This document shows, one piece after another, positions 44,176-54,178 of a stretch of DNA of 64,000 nucleotides. How positions within the stretch are numbered: the stretch's first letter is position 1; the number at the start of each line of letters is the position of its first letter. The position numbers were made by a program, and so were the translations under genes. This DNA is from Ignavibacteriota bacterium (lineage in GTDB: Bacteria; Bacteroidota; Ignavibacteria; UBA10030; UBA6906): assembly GCA_963702445.1 (NCBI GenBank), contig CAVPCZ010000012.1, positions 193,199-257,198 of the forward strand. Direction: 5' to 3'. The notes beneath the pieces were generated by a model that did no database searches, was not told where the DNA came from, and worked only from the letters and a program-made list of their open reading frames with translations.

Positions 44176-45939
44176 ATGACAGAAACCCAGCGACCGACGG
44201 AAGAACAGATCCTGAAGGGCATCGCCGCCGCCCCGGGCATTGCCATCGGTGCGGCGTACCTGTACACCAAACACATCCCCCGCGTGCAGGCAAGGACCAT
44301 TGCACCGGAAGAAGTCCCGGCGGAAATCGAGCGCCTGCACACGGCAAACGCACGCTCCGAGAAGGAACTCCGGAAAATTCTCGCGTTCGCCGAACAGAAG
44401 CTCGGATCGGAGAGCGCGACCATCTTTGAAGCCCAGATCATGATCCTCTCGGATGCGATTCTGATGGGCACCATCGAAGCGCGCATCAGGGGCGAACTGA
44501 CCAATGCCGAAGCCGTGGTCTCCGACGAGATCAGCAAATACAAGCATCTGATGCTCGCCGCGCAGGACGATTACATGCACGAACGGGCGCACGACGTGGA
44601 CGACGTGATGAACCGGATCATCCGGAACATCCAGGATCAGAGACTGTACTCGCGTCTCGACGGGGCCTCCATTATCATCTCCGAAACCCTGGCCCCGGCA
44701 GACACGGTCGTCTTCAGCCGGAACCAGGTTCTCGGTTATGCCACGGACCTCGGCGGGGTGACATCGCACGCCGCGCTGCTCTCCCGCTCTCTCAAGATTC
44801 CCGCCGTCGTCGGCCTGCGGAGTGCGACGAAACAGATCCAGACGGGCGACCTGATTGCGATCGACGGCTATGCGGGCACGGTGATCTTCAACCCGTCGCC
44901 CGAAACCCTGCGAGTCCTGGAGGAAAAGGCGGAGAGGTTCCGTCAGTTTGAGCTGCGTCTGACGGGGATCGCGGGCCTGCCCGCCGAGACGCTCGACCAT
45001 AAACGGATCGAACTCTCTTCGAACATCGAATTCGAGGAGGAGATTGAATTTGCGAAGGAAAGGGGGTCGGAGGGCATCGGCCTCTTTCGCACGGAGGGCC
45101 AGCTGATCGGCCGGCCGGACTATCCGAGCGAGGAAGAACAGGCCGCGCTCTACACGCACATCGCCGACACCGTGTTCCCGCATCCGGTGATCTTCCGGAC
45201 GTTCGACGTCGGCGGTGACAAGCTCACTCCGGACGCCCACCATGAGGAAAATCCGTTCCTGGGATGGCGGGGGATCCGCGTCCTGCTCGATCGCCCGGAG
45301 ATTTTCCTCAATCAGCTCCGTGCCGTCCTCCGGGCGAGCACGCGGCGTAATGTGCGCATCATGTTCCCCATGGTCGCCACGCTGAGCGAGGTACAGAAGG
45401 CCCGGACGTTTTTCCGCCAGGCCCAGGAGGAGTTGCGCCGGCTCGGCATACCGTTTGACCAGAAAATGAAGATCGGGGTCATGATCGAAGTCCCCGCCGC
45501 CGCACTGGTCGCCGAACAGATCGCGGCAGAAGTGGATTTCCTGAGCATCGGGACCAATGATCTCATCCAGTACCTGATGGCGGTCGACCGCGGCAACGAT
45601 TCGGTCGCACCGCTCTTTCAGCCGTTCAACCCGGCCGTACTCCGCACCATCAAACACATCATTGATGCGGCGCACAAACGGGGCATCCAGGCGGGGATGT
45701 GCGGCGAGATGGCCGGCGATCCGCTCGCCACGGTGCTGCTTGTGGGCATGGGGCTGGATGAATTCAGCGTCGTGCCGCCCGTCCTGCCCGAAATCAAAAA
45801 GATCATCCGCTCCATCAAGGCCAAGGATGCCCGGCGGGTCGCCGACAAAGTGCTGGGGATGCACTATGAGGCCGAGATCCGGGAGTACCTCTCCACGATC
45901 ACAAAAGACAAAGTGCCCGAGATACCCTTCGAAGACTGA
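44176..45939 (+). CDS. ptsI: Phosphoenolpyruvate-protein phosphotransferase (PTS enzyme I)
   Basis: GIAAAPGIAIG, phospho-His region GGVTSHAALLSRSLKIPAVVG, and C-terminal FLSIGTNDLIQY. ATG 44176 follows the HPr stop; ATG 44161 is an overlapping alternative. Confidence 0.9.
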   Translation: MTETQRPTEEQILKGIAAAPGIAIGAAYLYTKHIPRVQARTIAPEEVPAEIERLHTANARSEKELRKILAFAEQKLGSESATIFEAQIMILSDAILMGTIEARIRGELTNAEAVVSDEISKYKHLMLAAQDDYMHERAHDVDDVMNRIIRNIQDQRLYSRLDGASIIISETLAPADTVVFSRNQVLGYATDLGGVTSHAALLSRSLKIPAVVGLRSATKQIQTGDLIAIDGYAGTVIFNPSPETLRVLEEKAERFRQFELRLTGIAGLPAETLDHKRIELSSNIEFEEEIEFAKERGSEGIGLFRTEGQLIGRPDYPSEEEQAALYTHIADTVFPHPVIFRTFDVGGDKLTPDAHHEENPFLGWRGIRVLLDRPEIFLNQLRAVLRASTRRNVRIMFPMVATLSEVQKARTFFRQAQEELRRLGIPFDQKMKIGVMIEVPAAALVAEQIAAEVDFLSIGTNDLIQYLMAVDRGNDSVAPLFQPFNPAVLRTIKHIIDAAHKRGIQAGMCGEMAGDPLATVLLVGMGLDEFSVVPPVLPEIKKIIRSIKAKDARRVADKVLGMHYEAEIREYLSTITKDKVPEIPFED

Positions 45940-45962
45940 CCGCCACATCACCAGGACAAGGA

Positions 45963-47018
45963 ATGCCCATGACGCCCGAAGACATCAGCCGCATCGACCG
46001 TTCCAACATGTTCTCCCTCCTCCGGGATTTTCCCGCACAGGCGCGTGAGGCGCTGATCATCGGCACCAACGCCGACATCCGGCTGCGCACAGCGGGAATC
46101 CGTCATATCGTGGTGTGCGGCCTTGGCGGCTCGGCGATCGGCGGCGATCTGCTGCGCAGCTATCTCGCAACGGACCTGCGCATCCCCTTTTCCGTCAACC
46201 GCATGTATACGCTGCCGAAGTATGTGGGCCCGGACACGCTTGTGATCATCTCCAGCTACTCCGGAAACACGGAAGAAACCAATGCGGCCCACCGGGAAGC
46301 GCTGAAGCGCAAGGCGAAGATCCTGTGCATCTCTTCCAACGGCGCAACGGAAAAACTCGCCTCACGCGCACATTCACCGTTCATCAAGATCCCGGGGGGC
46401 CTCCCGCCGCGCGCCGCCCTTGCGTACTCCTTCTTCCCGCTTCTGCTCACCCTGACGCGGCTCGGGTTCATCAAGAACAAGCAGAAAGAGATCAAAGAGA
46501 CCCTTGCCCTTCTCGACGCAAAGGCAGGCCTGTACACTTCGTCCGATCAAACAGCCAACCCCGCATACCTTCTGGCCGAACGCCTGAAGCACCGGATCAT
46601 TATCTGCTATTCCTCCACCGAACGTTTTGACACCGTCAACACCCGCTGGCGCGGGCAGATCGCGGAAAACGGCAAGAGCCTCGCCTTCGGGCATGTACTC
46701 CCCGAGATGAATCATAACGAACTCGTGGGATGGAAGGTCCTGGAACGGGAAATGCGCGAGATGCAGGTGATCTTCCTGCGCGACAGGGAGGATCATCCGC
46801 GCGTGCAGATGCGCATGGGGATCACCGGCGAAGTGCTCGCCCGATATACCGACCGCGTGACGGAGGTGTGGAGCGAAGGGGACGGACTTCTTGCACGCCT
46901 GTTCTCGCTGATCTACCTCGGCGACTGGGTGAGTTACTACCTCGCCATTCTTCACGGCGAAGACCCGACGCCCGTGGCGGTCATTGACTATCTGAAAACC
47001 TCCCTGGCACGGCAATGA
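45963..47018 (+). CDS. Bifunctional phosphoglucose/phosphomannose isomerase (SIS-domain PGI/PMI)
   Basis: IVVCGLGGSAIGGDLL, ISSYSGNTEET and the C-terminal EMNHNELVGW pattern are typical of the archaeal/bacterial PGI/PMI family. Confidence 0.78.
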   Translation: MPMTPEDISRIDRSNMFSLLRDFPAQAREALIIGTNADIRLRTAGIRHIVVCGLGGSAIGGDLLRSYLATDLRIPFSVNRMYTLPKYVGPDTLVIISSYSGNTEETNAAHREALKRKAKILCISSNGATEKLASRAHSPFIKIPGGLPPRAALAYSFFPLLLTLTRLGFIKNKQKEIKETLALLDAKAGLYTSSDQTANPAYLLAERLKHRIIICYSSTERFDTVNTRWRGQIAENGKSLAFGHVLPEMNHNELVGWKVLEREMREMQVIFLRDREDHPRVQMRMGITGEVLARYTDRVTEVWSEGDGLLARLFSLIYLGDWVSYYLAILHGEDPTPVAVIDYLKTSLARQ

Positions 47019-47139
47019 TGCGCGAAAAGAAAATCGCCGTTGCGGTCGCCCTCGTCACCCTCGCCCTCATTCTTGCCGTCACGGTGTTCAGGAACGGGAC
47101 TTCCTGGTAAGTAGTCTCCAATAGCCTCCGCTTGATGGG

Positions 47140-49978
47140 ATGGTGATGACGGGTCGCGCGGTCCGAATCCTCGTAGTCCTCGGTGCACTCCTGGCGTGTT
47201 CCGCCACGGTCCATGCCCAGTTTTTCTCCTTTGGCCGCAACAAGGTCCAGTACACGGCATTCGAGTGGCATGTCCTCAAAACCGAGCACTTCGATATCTA
47301 TTATTACACGGAGATGAAGGACCTGGCCGAACGCGGCGCGTTCTTCGCCGAAGAGGCCTACCGTCATCTCGAAACACGATTCAACCATTCGCTCAACACC
47401 CGCGTTCCGCTGATTCTCTACAGCTCCCCGCTGCACTTTCAACAGACCAATACGATCGGCGGGTTCATCCCCGAGGGCGTGGGGGGGTTCTTCGAATTCC
47501 TCAAAGGACGCGTCGTCATCCCTTCCGACGGTTCCACCGCGCAATTCCGCCACGTGATCCGGCACGAGCTGGTCCATGTGTTCATGCACAGCAAGGTCAG
47601 CCGTGTGCTCGGGGACCACAGGAAAACGCAGGACCGGTACCCCCCGCTCTGGTTTGTGGAAGGACTCGCCGAATTCTGGTCCACGGAGTGGGATGCCCAG
47701 GCCGAGATGGTCATGCGCGATGCCGTGATGAATGATATCGTCGTCGGTCTCGAAGACATGGGGCGTATCTACGGCTCGTTCCTCATGTACAAGGAAGGTC
47801 AGAACGTCCTCCAGCATATCGCCCGCCGGTACGGTGAAGAAAAAATCCTCCTGTTGCTCGAAAACTTCTGGAAGGAAGCCTCCTTCAGCGACGTTCTCAA
47901 GATCACCATCGGGAAGAACTTCAAGGAATTCGACGAGGAATGGCTTTACGCGCTGAAAAAGGAATACTATCCCCTCCTTTCCCGCGCAGACGCGCCAAGC
48001 CAGGCCGCCCGCATGATCACCATGGAAGGATTCAACATGAAACCGGTGGTGTTTGAGCACGACACCACTTCCGACGTGTATTTCATAGGCAACCGCACGG
48101 GGTACACCGGTGTATACCGGAAATCGCTCAGGGAAAGAGACCCGGAGGCGCCCGCCACGAACATCATCCAGGGCGAACGGACTGACGAATTCGAAGCGTT
48201 CCACCCGTTCCGGACCCGGATAGATATCTCCCGACTCGGGATCCTCGCCCTCTCCACCAAGAGCGGTGAGCACGATGCGTTGCACCTCTACGATATTGTG
48301 GAGAACGAGGTGGTGGAAACCTTCCGCTTTTCCCAGCTGGTGAGCATCGGCTCCACGAGCTGGGCTCCGGACGGCAAACGACTCGCCTTTTCTGCAATCG
48401 ACAAGGCGGGGAACAACGATCTGTACCTGCTCGACACCGAAACCCGGGAACTGAACCGGCTCACCAACGACTCCTATGACGACCGCGATCCTGCATGGTC
48501 GCCCGCAGGTGACCGGATCGCCTTCAGCTCCGATCGGACCCCGTACGGAAAAGACGGGATCTACAATCTGTTTCTGTACGATATCCCCTCGGGGAGGATT
48601 GAGTATCTGACCTTCGGCAAAGAGAACGCCGGATCACCCGCCTGGTCGCGCGACGGCAGGTTTCTCGCCTTTACTTCGGACGCCGGAGGCACGAATGATA
48701 TCTGGATCATGGAGACAGGAACGAAACACCCCGGAGGGATGCGGACGATGACGCGCGTGACCAGTTTTGTCACCTCGGCGTTCGATCCGGCGTGGACATC
48801 CTCCGGTGATCTCGTGTTCACGGCCTTTGAGAAGTTCAGCTTCCGGCTCCAGGTCATCCCCAACGTGCTGGCCGTACGGGACACATCAACGGACATCCGG
48901 GTTGTGGATCTGTACGCAAAAGAGAAACCATGGGAACCGAAGAGCCTCGGAGGGATATCCGAACTCCAGAGGCTCCGCTACCGGGGAGAGTACAGCCTGG
49001 ATGTCGCACAGAGCGCAATCTCGACCGACCCGGTATTCGGGACATCCGGAGGAGCCTTCGTGGCGCTCAGTGACCTGCTGGGGGATGAGCAGTACTACTT
49101 CCTTCTCTATAATACCGCCCAGTCACAGGACGAGCTTCTGTCCAGCTTCAACATCGCCATTTCCCGGATTTCACTCGCCCGGCGGACAAGCTACGCATAC
49201 GGCATTTACCGGTTTACGGGACGGCAGTATGACCTGACATCGCGGGAAGAGTATTACTACGAAAGGGTGTTCGGGGGCTATTTTGCCCTCAGTTATCCCC
49301 TCACCAAGTTCCAGCGGATTGAAACCGGCATGAGCCTGAGCAATTCCAACCGGGAAGTTGACGGGACAATCGAAGAACGCAGGGCCCTCCTCCTGTCGAA
49401 CTCGGTCGCCTTCACACACGACAATTCGCTCTGGGGGCCGAGCGGCCCCCTGGACGGCCGCCGGTTCAGTCTCACGCTTGCCTACACATCTGACATCCAG
49501 TATTCCAACGTCAATTATTTTTCCATCATCGGCGACTACCGGAACTACCTCCGGCTCGGCCGGCGCAGCACATTCGCCTCCCGTTTCTGGGTTTTCTACA
49601 ATGACGGCAAGGAATCCCGGCGGTTTGTCATGGGCGGAAGCTGGGACCTCCGCGGGATTCGACCGGTGGAGCATCCGTGGCGAAAAACTCTGGCTGATGA
49701 GTCACGAACTGCGGTTTCCGTTCATCGACGAGCTGACCGTTCGCTTCCCGTTTATAGGATTGAGCTTTTTCGCGTTTCGCGGCGCGCTGTTCTTTGACGC
49801 CGGATCTGCATGGGATGATGCCTACCGGGAAACTCTGGGCAGCGTCGGCGGCGGGCTGCGGCTGAACCTGGGAGGCTATCTGGTCCTCCGGTACGATGTC
49901 GGCAAGCGGATTGAAAACAATTTCAACCGCTTCCAGAGCGGCATTTTCCACCAGTTCTTCTTCGGATGGGACTTTTGA
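47140..49978 (+). pseudogene. HExxH peptidase-like + PD40/TolB-like propeller + Omp85-type beta-barrel outer-membrane protein, interrupted by an apparent 1-nt frameshift near 49654-49657
   Basis: Signal peptide MVMTGRAVRILVVLGALLACSATVHAQ, the HELVH motif, and PD40-like repeats (WAPDGKRLAFSA, AWSPAGDRIAFSS, AWSRDGRFLAFTS). Frame 1 reads sensibly up to GGSWDLRG, then degenerates and stops at 49797. Frame 2 picks up FDRWSIRGEKLWLMSHELRFPF... and ends in the canonical Omp85 terminus FFFGWDF at 49978. Confidence 0.75.
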
Positions 49979-51129
49979 GAACCCGGACGTGCATAACCGC
50001 AATTCTTCTCGTCGCAACGGCGATCACCGGATGCGGCGGCCTCCGCCTTTCTACGCCGCTGCGCGTCCGCGAGGGAGACTTCTTCATGTACGGCCGATCC
50101 CGGGAGCGTATGAATCGTCTCCCTGGCCTGATCGCCCCGCCCCTCACGCTGGAATGGACGCAGGACCTGACCGCCGGCATCGGGGACGGATCCCCGGTCC
50201 TCGTGGACAGCGTTCTTTTCGTCGGAAATCTGCGTGGTGAGCTCTACGCCCTCAACGCCCGCACGGGCACACGGATGGGGTGGATCTCACTCGGGAACGC
50301 CATCCAGGGAACCCCGCTCATCGACGGCAACCTGGCTATCGTGGCCCTTTCCGGACCGCGTGAAGCGCTGGTGGCCTATGATCTCCTCGAGGGAAGAGTG
50401 CGTTGGAAGCAAATACTGGGAGACATGCAGGTGTCGCCGCTGTTGATTGACACACGGGTGTACACGGCAAACACCTCCGGAACCTTCTTCTGCGTCGAAC
50501 GCGCGACCGGTGAGGTACGATGGACGTTTGACCTCCCCGGCAACACGACGCTGAAAGGCATCCGGTCCACACCGGCAGGAACCGACAGCGGCGTCGTGTT
50601 CGGCGCGGATGATGGAGCCGTGTATCATCTGGATGCGGTGACAGGAAAGCTCCGATGGCGGATCGCGGGCAATGCGGCGATCCAGGCACCGGTCGTGATT
50701 TCCCGGAACACCGCCTTCGTGACCACACTCCGCGGCACCATCATGGCCATGGATATCACCTCCGGCACAGTCCGCTGGACAGGCGAAACCGGCCATCCGG
50801 TTTTCGGACCGCTTGTCGTCGATTCCATCCGTGCAGTGGTGGGCACCACGGGGGGACGGGTACTTGCGTTCAACAGCAGCTCGGGCGCGCTGCTCTGGTC
50901 GTGCGACCTCCAATCGCCGGTCAACTCCGGGCTGCTGGGAAGCGATTCCGTGTTGTACGTCGGCACGCTCAAGAAGGAACTGGTGGCCCTGCGTGCCGTT
51001 GACGGGATGGTGCTCTGGCGGGATGCAGTCCCGGGCAGGATCAAGACCACACCTGTCAGCGGAATCCGCCGGATCTTCGTGGCTACGGATGAGCGTTTGA
51101 TACTCTCCTACCGGGAGAGCGGACAATGA
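49966..51129 (+). CDS. PQQ-like beta-propeller repeat lipoprotein (BamB-like)
   Basis: Lipobox AITGCGG, with repeated motifs of the type G.LYALNARTG ... W seen in PQQ/BamB propellers (VYHLDAVTGKLRW, IMAMDITSGTVRW, VLAFNSSSGALLW, LVALRAVDGMVLW). Confidence 0.65.
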   Translation: MGLLRTRTCITAILLVATAITGCGGLRLSTPLRVREGDFFMYGRSRERMNRLPGLIAPPLTLEWTQDLTAGIGDGSPVLVDSVLFVGNLRGELYALNARTGTRMGWISLGNAIQGTPLIDGNLAIVALSGPREALVAYDLLEGRVRWKQILGDMQVSPLLIDTRVYTANTSGTFFCVERATGEVRWTFDLPGNTTLKGIRSTPAGTDSGVVFGADDGAVYHLDAVTGKLRWRIAGNAAIQAPVVISRNTAFVTTLRGTIMAMDITSGTVRWTGETGHPVFGPLVVDSIRAVVGTTGGRVLAFNSSSGALLWSCDLQSPVNSGLLGSDSVLYVGTLKKELVALRAVDGMVLWRDAVPGRIKTTPVSGIRRIFVATDERLILSYRESGQ

Positions 51130-51902
51130 CCGTGAGGGCGATCATCGTGGCGCTGCTGTTTGCGGCGGGCGCGGGTCATGCCCGGCAGGACGTTGCAGCC
51201 GGCAGGCTGGAAATCCGCTCCGACGTGGACAGTGCGCTCGTCGTGATTGACGGCACGTTCGTCGGCCGGACGCCTTATGTGACGGATTCACTCCCGCCGG
51301 GCGTGTACCGGATACGCGTGCTTCATCCGGACATCACCGGCTGGCTGGCCGCGGTCGTCACAGACACTGTCCGGATCTCCGCCGGGGAATCACGAACGCT
51401 CCTGTTCCCTCTCCGGCCCCACCTGCAGGTCTACTCCTCACCCGGGGAAGCGGGTGTGTACACCAACGGTGCTCTGGCCGGTCTCACGCCGTTGCTCATG
51501 AGCCCGGAACGTCTGTCGGATGACTCCCTGCTGATATTGAAAAAAGCAGGATATGCGGATGCGCAGGTGGACCCGCGGGACGCGGTTGAGGGCATACTCA
51601 GGGTCCCGCTCATCCCCGACAGGAACGCACTCCCTGCAGGAATCTCGCCGTTTTTGCCGGAAACGGGCGGTCTTGACTCGCGGGCGACCCGGCTCTACAT
51701 GAGCGCGGCCGCAACGATCGTCTCGGGCGTTTTTGCCGCCTATTTCAAAACCCTCGCAGACGACCGGCAGCTGCAATACCTGAAGACGGGTGATGCGTCG
51801 ATGCTGGTCCAGCGCCACCGGTATGACATCTCCGCGGCGATCGCGCTCCTGACAGCCCAGGCCACCTTCGTTCTTTTCTCTTACCTGCTCCTCGGGGACT
51901 GA
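51126..51902 (+). CDS. PEGA-domain protein with a C-terminal TM helix
   Basis: Signal peptide; two PEGA-like modules (ALVVIDGTFVGRTPYV..LPPGVYRIRV and AGVYTNGALAGLTPLL); ATGA overlap with the upstream gene. Confidence 0.6.
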   Translation: MTVRAIIVALLFAAGAGHARQDVAAGRLEIRSDVDSALVVIDGTFVGRTPYVTDSLPPGVYRIRVLHPDITGWLAAVVTDTVRISAGESRTLLFPLRPHLQVYSSPGEAGVYTNGALAGLTPLLMSPERLSDDSLLILKKAGYADAQVDPRDAVEGILRVPLIPDRNALPAGISPFLPETGGLDSRATRLYMSAAATIVSGVFAAYFKTLADDRQLQYLKTGDASMLVQRHRYDISAAIALLTAQATFVLFSYLLLGD

Positions 51903-52031
51903 TCCGGTTCGTGCGGCGCCCGGATGTGCCGTACATTCCCGCACCTTGACTTTCATGCCGGGGGAGTCTATATTTCTGTATTACGAGCTATTGTCTCGCC
52001 ATAACGGTAAACACACAATGCGGCCTTGTCG

Positions 52032-52715
52032 ATGAAGGACGACCTGGAATTCCTGAAGAACGTCCCGATCCTCAGCGATCTTGAGCCGATGGATCTTGAA
52101 ACCATCGCGAAAGTCGGGGTTCGCAAGAAATACAAAAAGGGGAGCATTATTCTGCTGGAGGAAGAGGCGGGAGCGGCCCTTTTTGTGATCGTCACGGGCA
52201 AGGTGAAAATTGTGCGGATGGATGACGACGGACGGGAAGTGATTCTCTCCATCCTCGGGGAAAGCGATTTCTTCGGAGAGATGGCGATACTGGATGGGCT
52301 CGCGCGTTCGGCCAGTGTTGTCGCCACCACCAAATCCGAACTCTTCATGATTCACCGGCGGGACTTTCTGAAGCTTCTGCACGATTTCCCCTCGGTGGCC
52401 ATCGCCCTCCTCAAAGAACTCACCCTGCGCCTGCGTAAGGCGGACGCCATGATCAAGAGCCTCTCGCTGAAAGATGCGGCGGGGCGTGTCTCGAACGTTG
52501 TCCTGCAGCTTGCAGACGATATCGGCAAGATCCGCAAGGGGCGTGTGGAAATCGATGAGCTCCCCCTGCAGCAGGACCTTGCCAATATGGCGGGGACATC
52601 GCGCGAGACGATTTCACGGATGATTCACTCGTTTATTCGCGAAGGACATATCGAAATTGAGAGGGGGAAGTTGATCATTAACGATTATGAGAAGTTCAAA
52701 AGCAGGTACCTGTAA
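52032..52715 (+). CDS. Crp/Fnr-family transcriptional regulator
   Basis: cNMP-binding fold (ALFVIVTGKVKI ... GESDFFGEMAILDG..RSASV) and a C-terminal HTH (QDLANMAGTSRETISRMI). ATG 52032; the ORF-track TTG at 52026 is 2 codons upstream. Confidence 0.88.
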   Translation: MKDDLEFLKNVPILSDLEPMDLETIAKVGVRKKYKKGSIILLEEEAGAALFVIVTGKVKIVRMDDDGREVILSILGESDFFGEMAILDGLARSASVVATTKSELFMIHRRDFLKLLHDFPSVAIALLKELTLRLRKADAMIKSLSLKDAAGRVSNVVLQLADDIGKIRKGRVEIDELPLQQDLANMAGTSRETISRMIHSFIREGHIEIERGKLIINDYEKFKSRYL

Positions 52716-52750
52716 GCCTTTCTCCGTTCTTTTACCTCCCGACGCGGTGT

Positions 52751-53578
52751 ATGGATGAGCGGGCTGATCTGCACATCCACACCACCTACTCCGACGGCGC
52801 GTTTTCTGCCGGGGCGGTTGTCGCTCGCGCGCGACAGGCAGGTTTAACCTGCATCGCCATTACCGACCACGATCATGTCGGTGCGATCGGCGAAGCCAGG
52901 GCAGCAGGCACGCAGCTGGGCATTGAAGTGATTGCGGGGGTCGAACTCAGCACAACCCTTGCACAGCACGATGTGCACCTCCTCGGGTATTTCCTCGACC
53001 CGGCCTACCCGCCCCTGCAGGAGTATCTTGCATCCATGCGCGCTGAACGAATGCGACGTGCGAAGCGGATGGTGGAGAAGCTGAACGGGATGTCTGTGCC
53101 GCTGACCATGCACGCTGTTCTGCACCAGGCGGGTGGTGCCGCGGTGGGGCGTCCCCATATCGCCACCGCGCTCGCCGCAGCCGGACTGACGGAATCGTAC
53201 CACGAGGCGTTTTCCCGGTACATCGGCTTTGGCCGGCCGGCCTACGAAGAGAAACTGACGATGGCGCCACGGGAGGCAATCCGGCTGATCGCCGAGTCGG
53301 GCGGGGTTTCCTGCATCGCCCATCCCGGCGCCACGGTGCCGGATACACTGTTGCGCGAGTTGATTCATGCCGGCGTGGACGGCATCGAGATCGTCCATCC
53401 ATCACACACGCCCGGGCAGACCGCATATTACCGGGCCATCGCCGAAGCGTACTTCCTCCTGACATGCGGCGGATCGGACTTTCACGGCGGCGGCAGGAGC
53501 GATGAGGAAGCCCTGGGGAGGTACGCGATTCCCCTGGATGATGTGAGAACCATAGAACGGCGGGCAAAGCAACGCTGA
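52751..53578 (+). CDS. PHP-domain metal-dependent phosphoesterase (TrpH/YciV-like)
   Basis: ADLHIHTTYSDG, ITDHD, and C-terminal GGSDFHG. Confidence 0.82.
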   Translation: MDERADLHIHTTYSDGAFSAGAVVARARQAGLTCIAITDHDHVGAIGEARAAGTQLGIEVIAGVELSTTLAQHDVHLLGYFLDPAYPPLQEYLASMRAERMRRAKRMVEKLNGMSVPLTMHAVLHQAGGAAVGRPHIATALAAAGLTESYHEAFSRYIGFGRPAYEEKLTMAPREAIRLIAESGGVSCIAHPGATVPDTLLRELIHAGVDGIEIVHPSHTPGQTAYYRAIAEAYFLLTCGGSDFHGGGRSDEEALGRYAIPLDDVRTIERRAKQR

Positions 53579-53680
53579 ACCGCCACAAATCGCCGCAGGC
53601 AACCGGCCCGGCACGCCGCCGGAGCACACCGGTGCTCGGAAACGGTAGTGCCGGGACGGCTCACAGAAGGAGCTCCACGC

Positions 53681-54151
53681 ATGAAGACTGTTCAGGGAAC
53701 CCTGAGCGCGGCCGGGCGCACGTTCGGCATTGTTGTCAGCCGGTTTAACAGCCTCGCCACCACTCAGCTGCTCGATGGCGCCGTGGACTGTCTGTTGCGT
53801 CACGGCGGAACGGATGACGCTCTCACCGTTGTCTATGTGCCGGGTGCATTTGAACTCCCCCAGGCCGCACTGCAGCTGGCACATGCCGGCCGTGTCGATG
53901 CAATCATCTGCCTGGGCTGCGTGATCCGCGGTGCCACACCGCACTTCGACTACATCGCCGGCGAAGTAACGCGCGGTGTCGGTGCGGTTGCCCTTCAGAC
54001 AGGTGTTCCCATGACCTTCGGTGTCCTTACCACCGACAGCCTGGAGCAGGCCCTCGAACGGGCCGGCGCAAAGGGGGGCAACAAAGGATGGGATGCCGCC
54101 ATGAGCGCCATGGAACTTCTCCACGTCTGCACACAACTTAAAACCAGGTAG
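53681..54151 (+). CDS. ribH: 6,7-dimethyl-8-ribityllumazine synthase
   Basis: FGIVVSRFN, VPGAFELP and GCVIRGATPHFDYI. The ATG at 53681 is preceded by GAAGGAG. Confidence 0.92.
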   Translation: MKTVQGTLSAAGRTFGIVVSRFNSLATTQLLDGAVDCLLRHGGTDDALTVVYVPGAFELPQAALQLAHAGRVDAIICLGCVIRGATPHFDYIAGEVTRGVGAVALQTGVPMTFGVLTTDSLEQALERAGAKGGNKGWDAAMSAMELLHVCTQLKTR

Positions 54152-54178
54152 GAAGAAGAAGCGAGGGCGGAGAAGAGG

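Noticed and set aside
44101-45951. A 616-aa minus-strand ORF
   Set aside because: It lies antisense to ptsI, whose active-site and family motifs are clear. It has a low-complexity Arg/Asp/Gly/Pro-rich composition. Shadow ORF.
46981-48285. A 434-aa minus-strand ORF
   Set aside because: It lies antisense to the 5' third of the peptidase/PD40/Omp85 gene, which has a signal peptide, HExxH and PD40 repeats. Shadow ORF.
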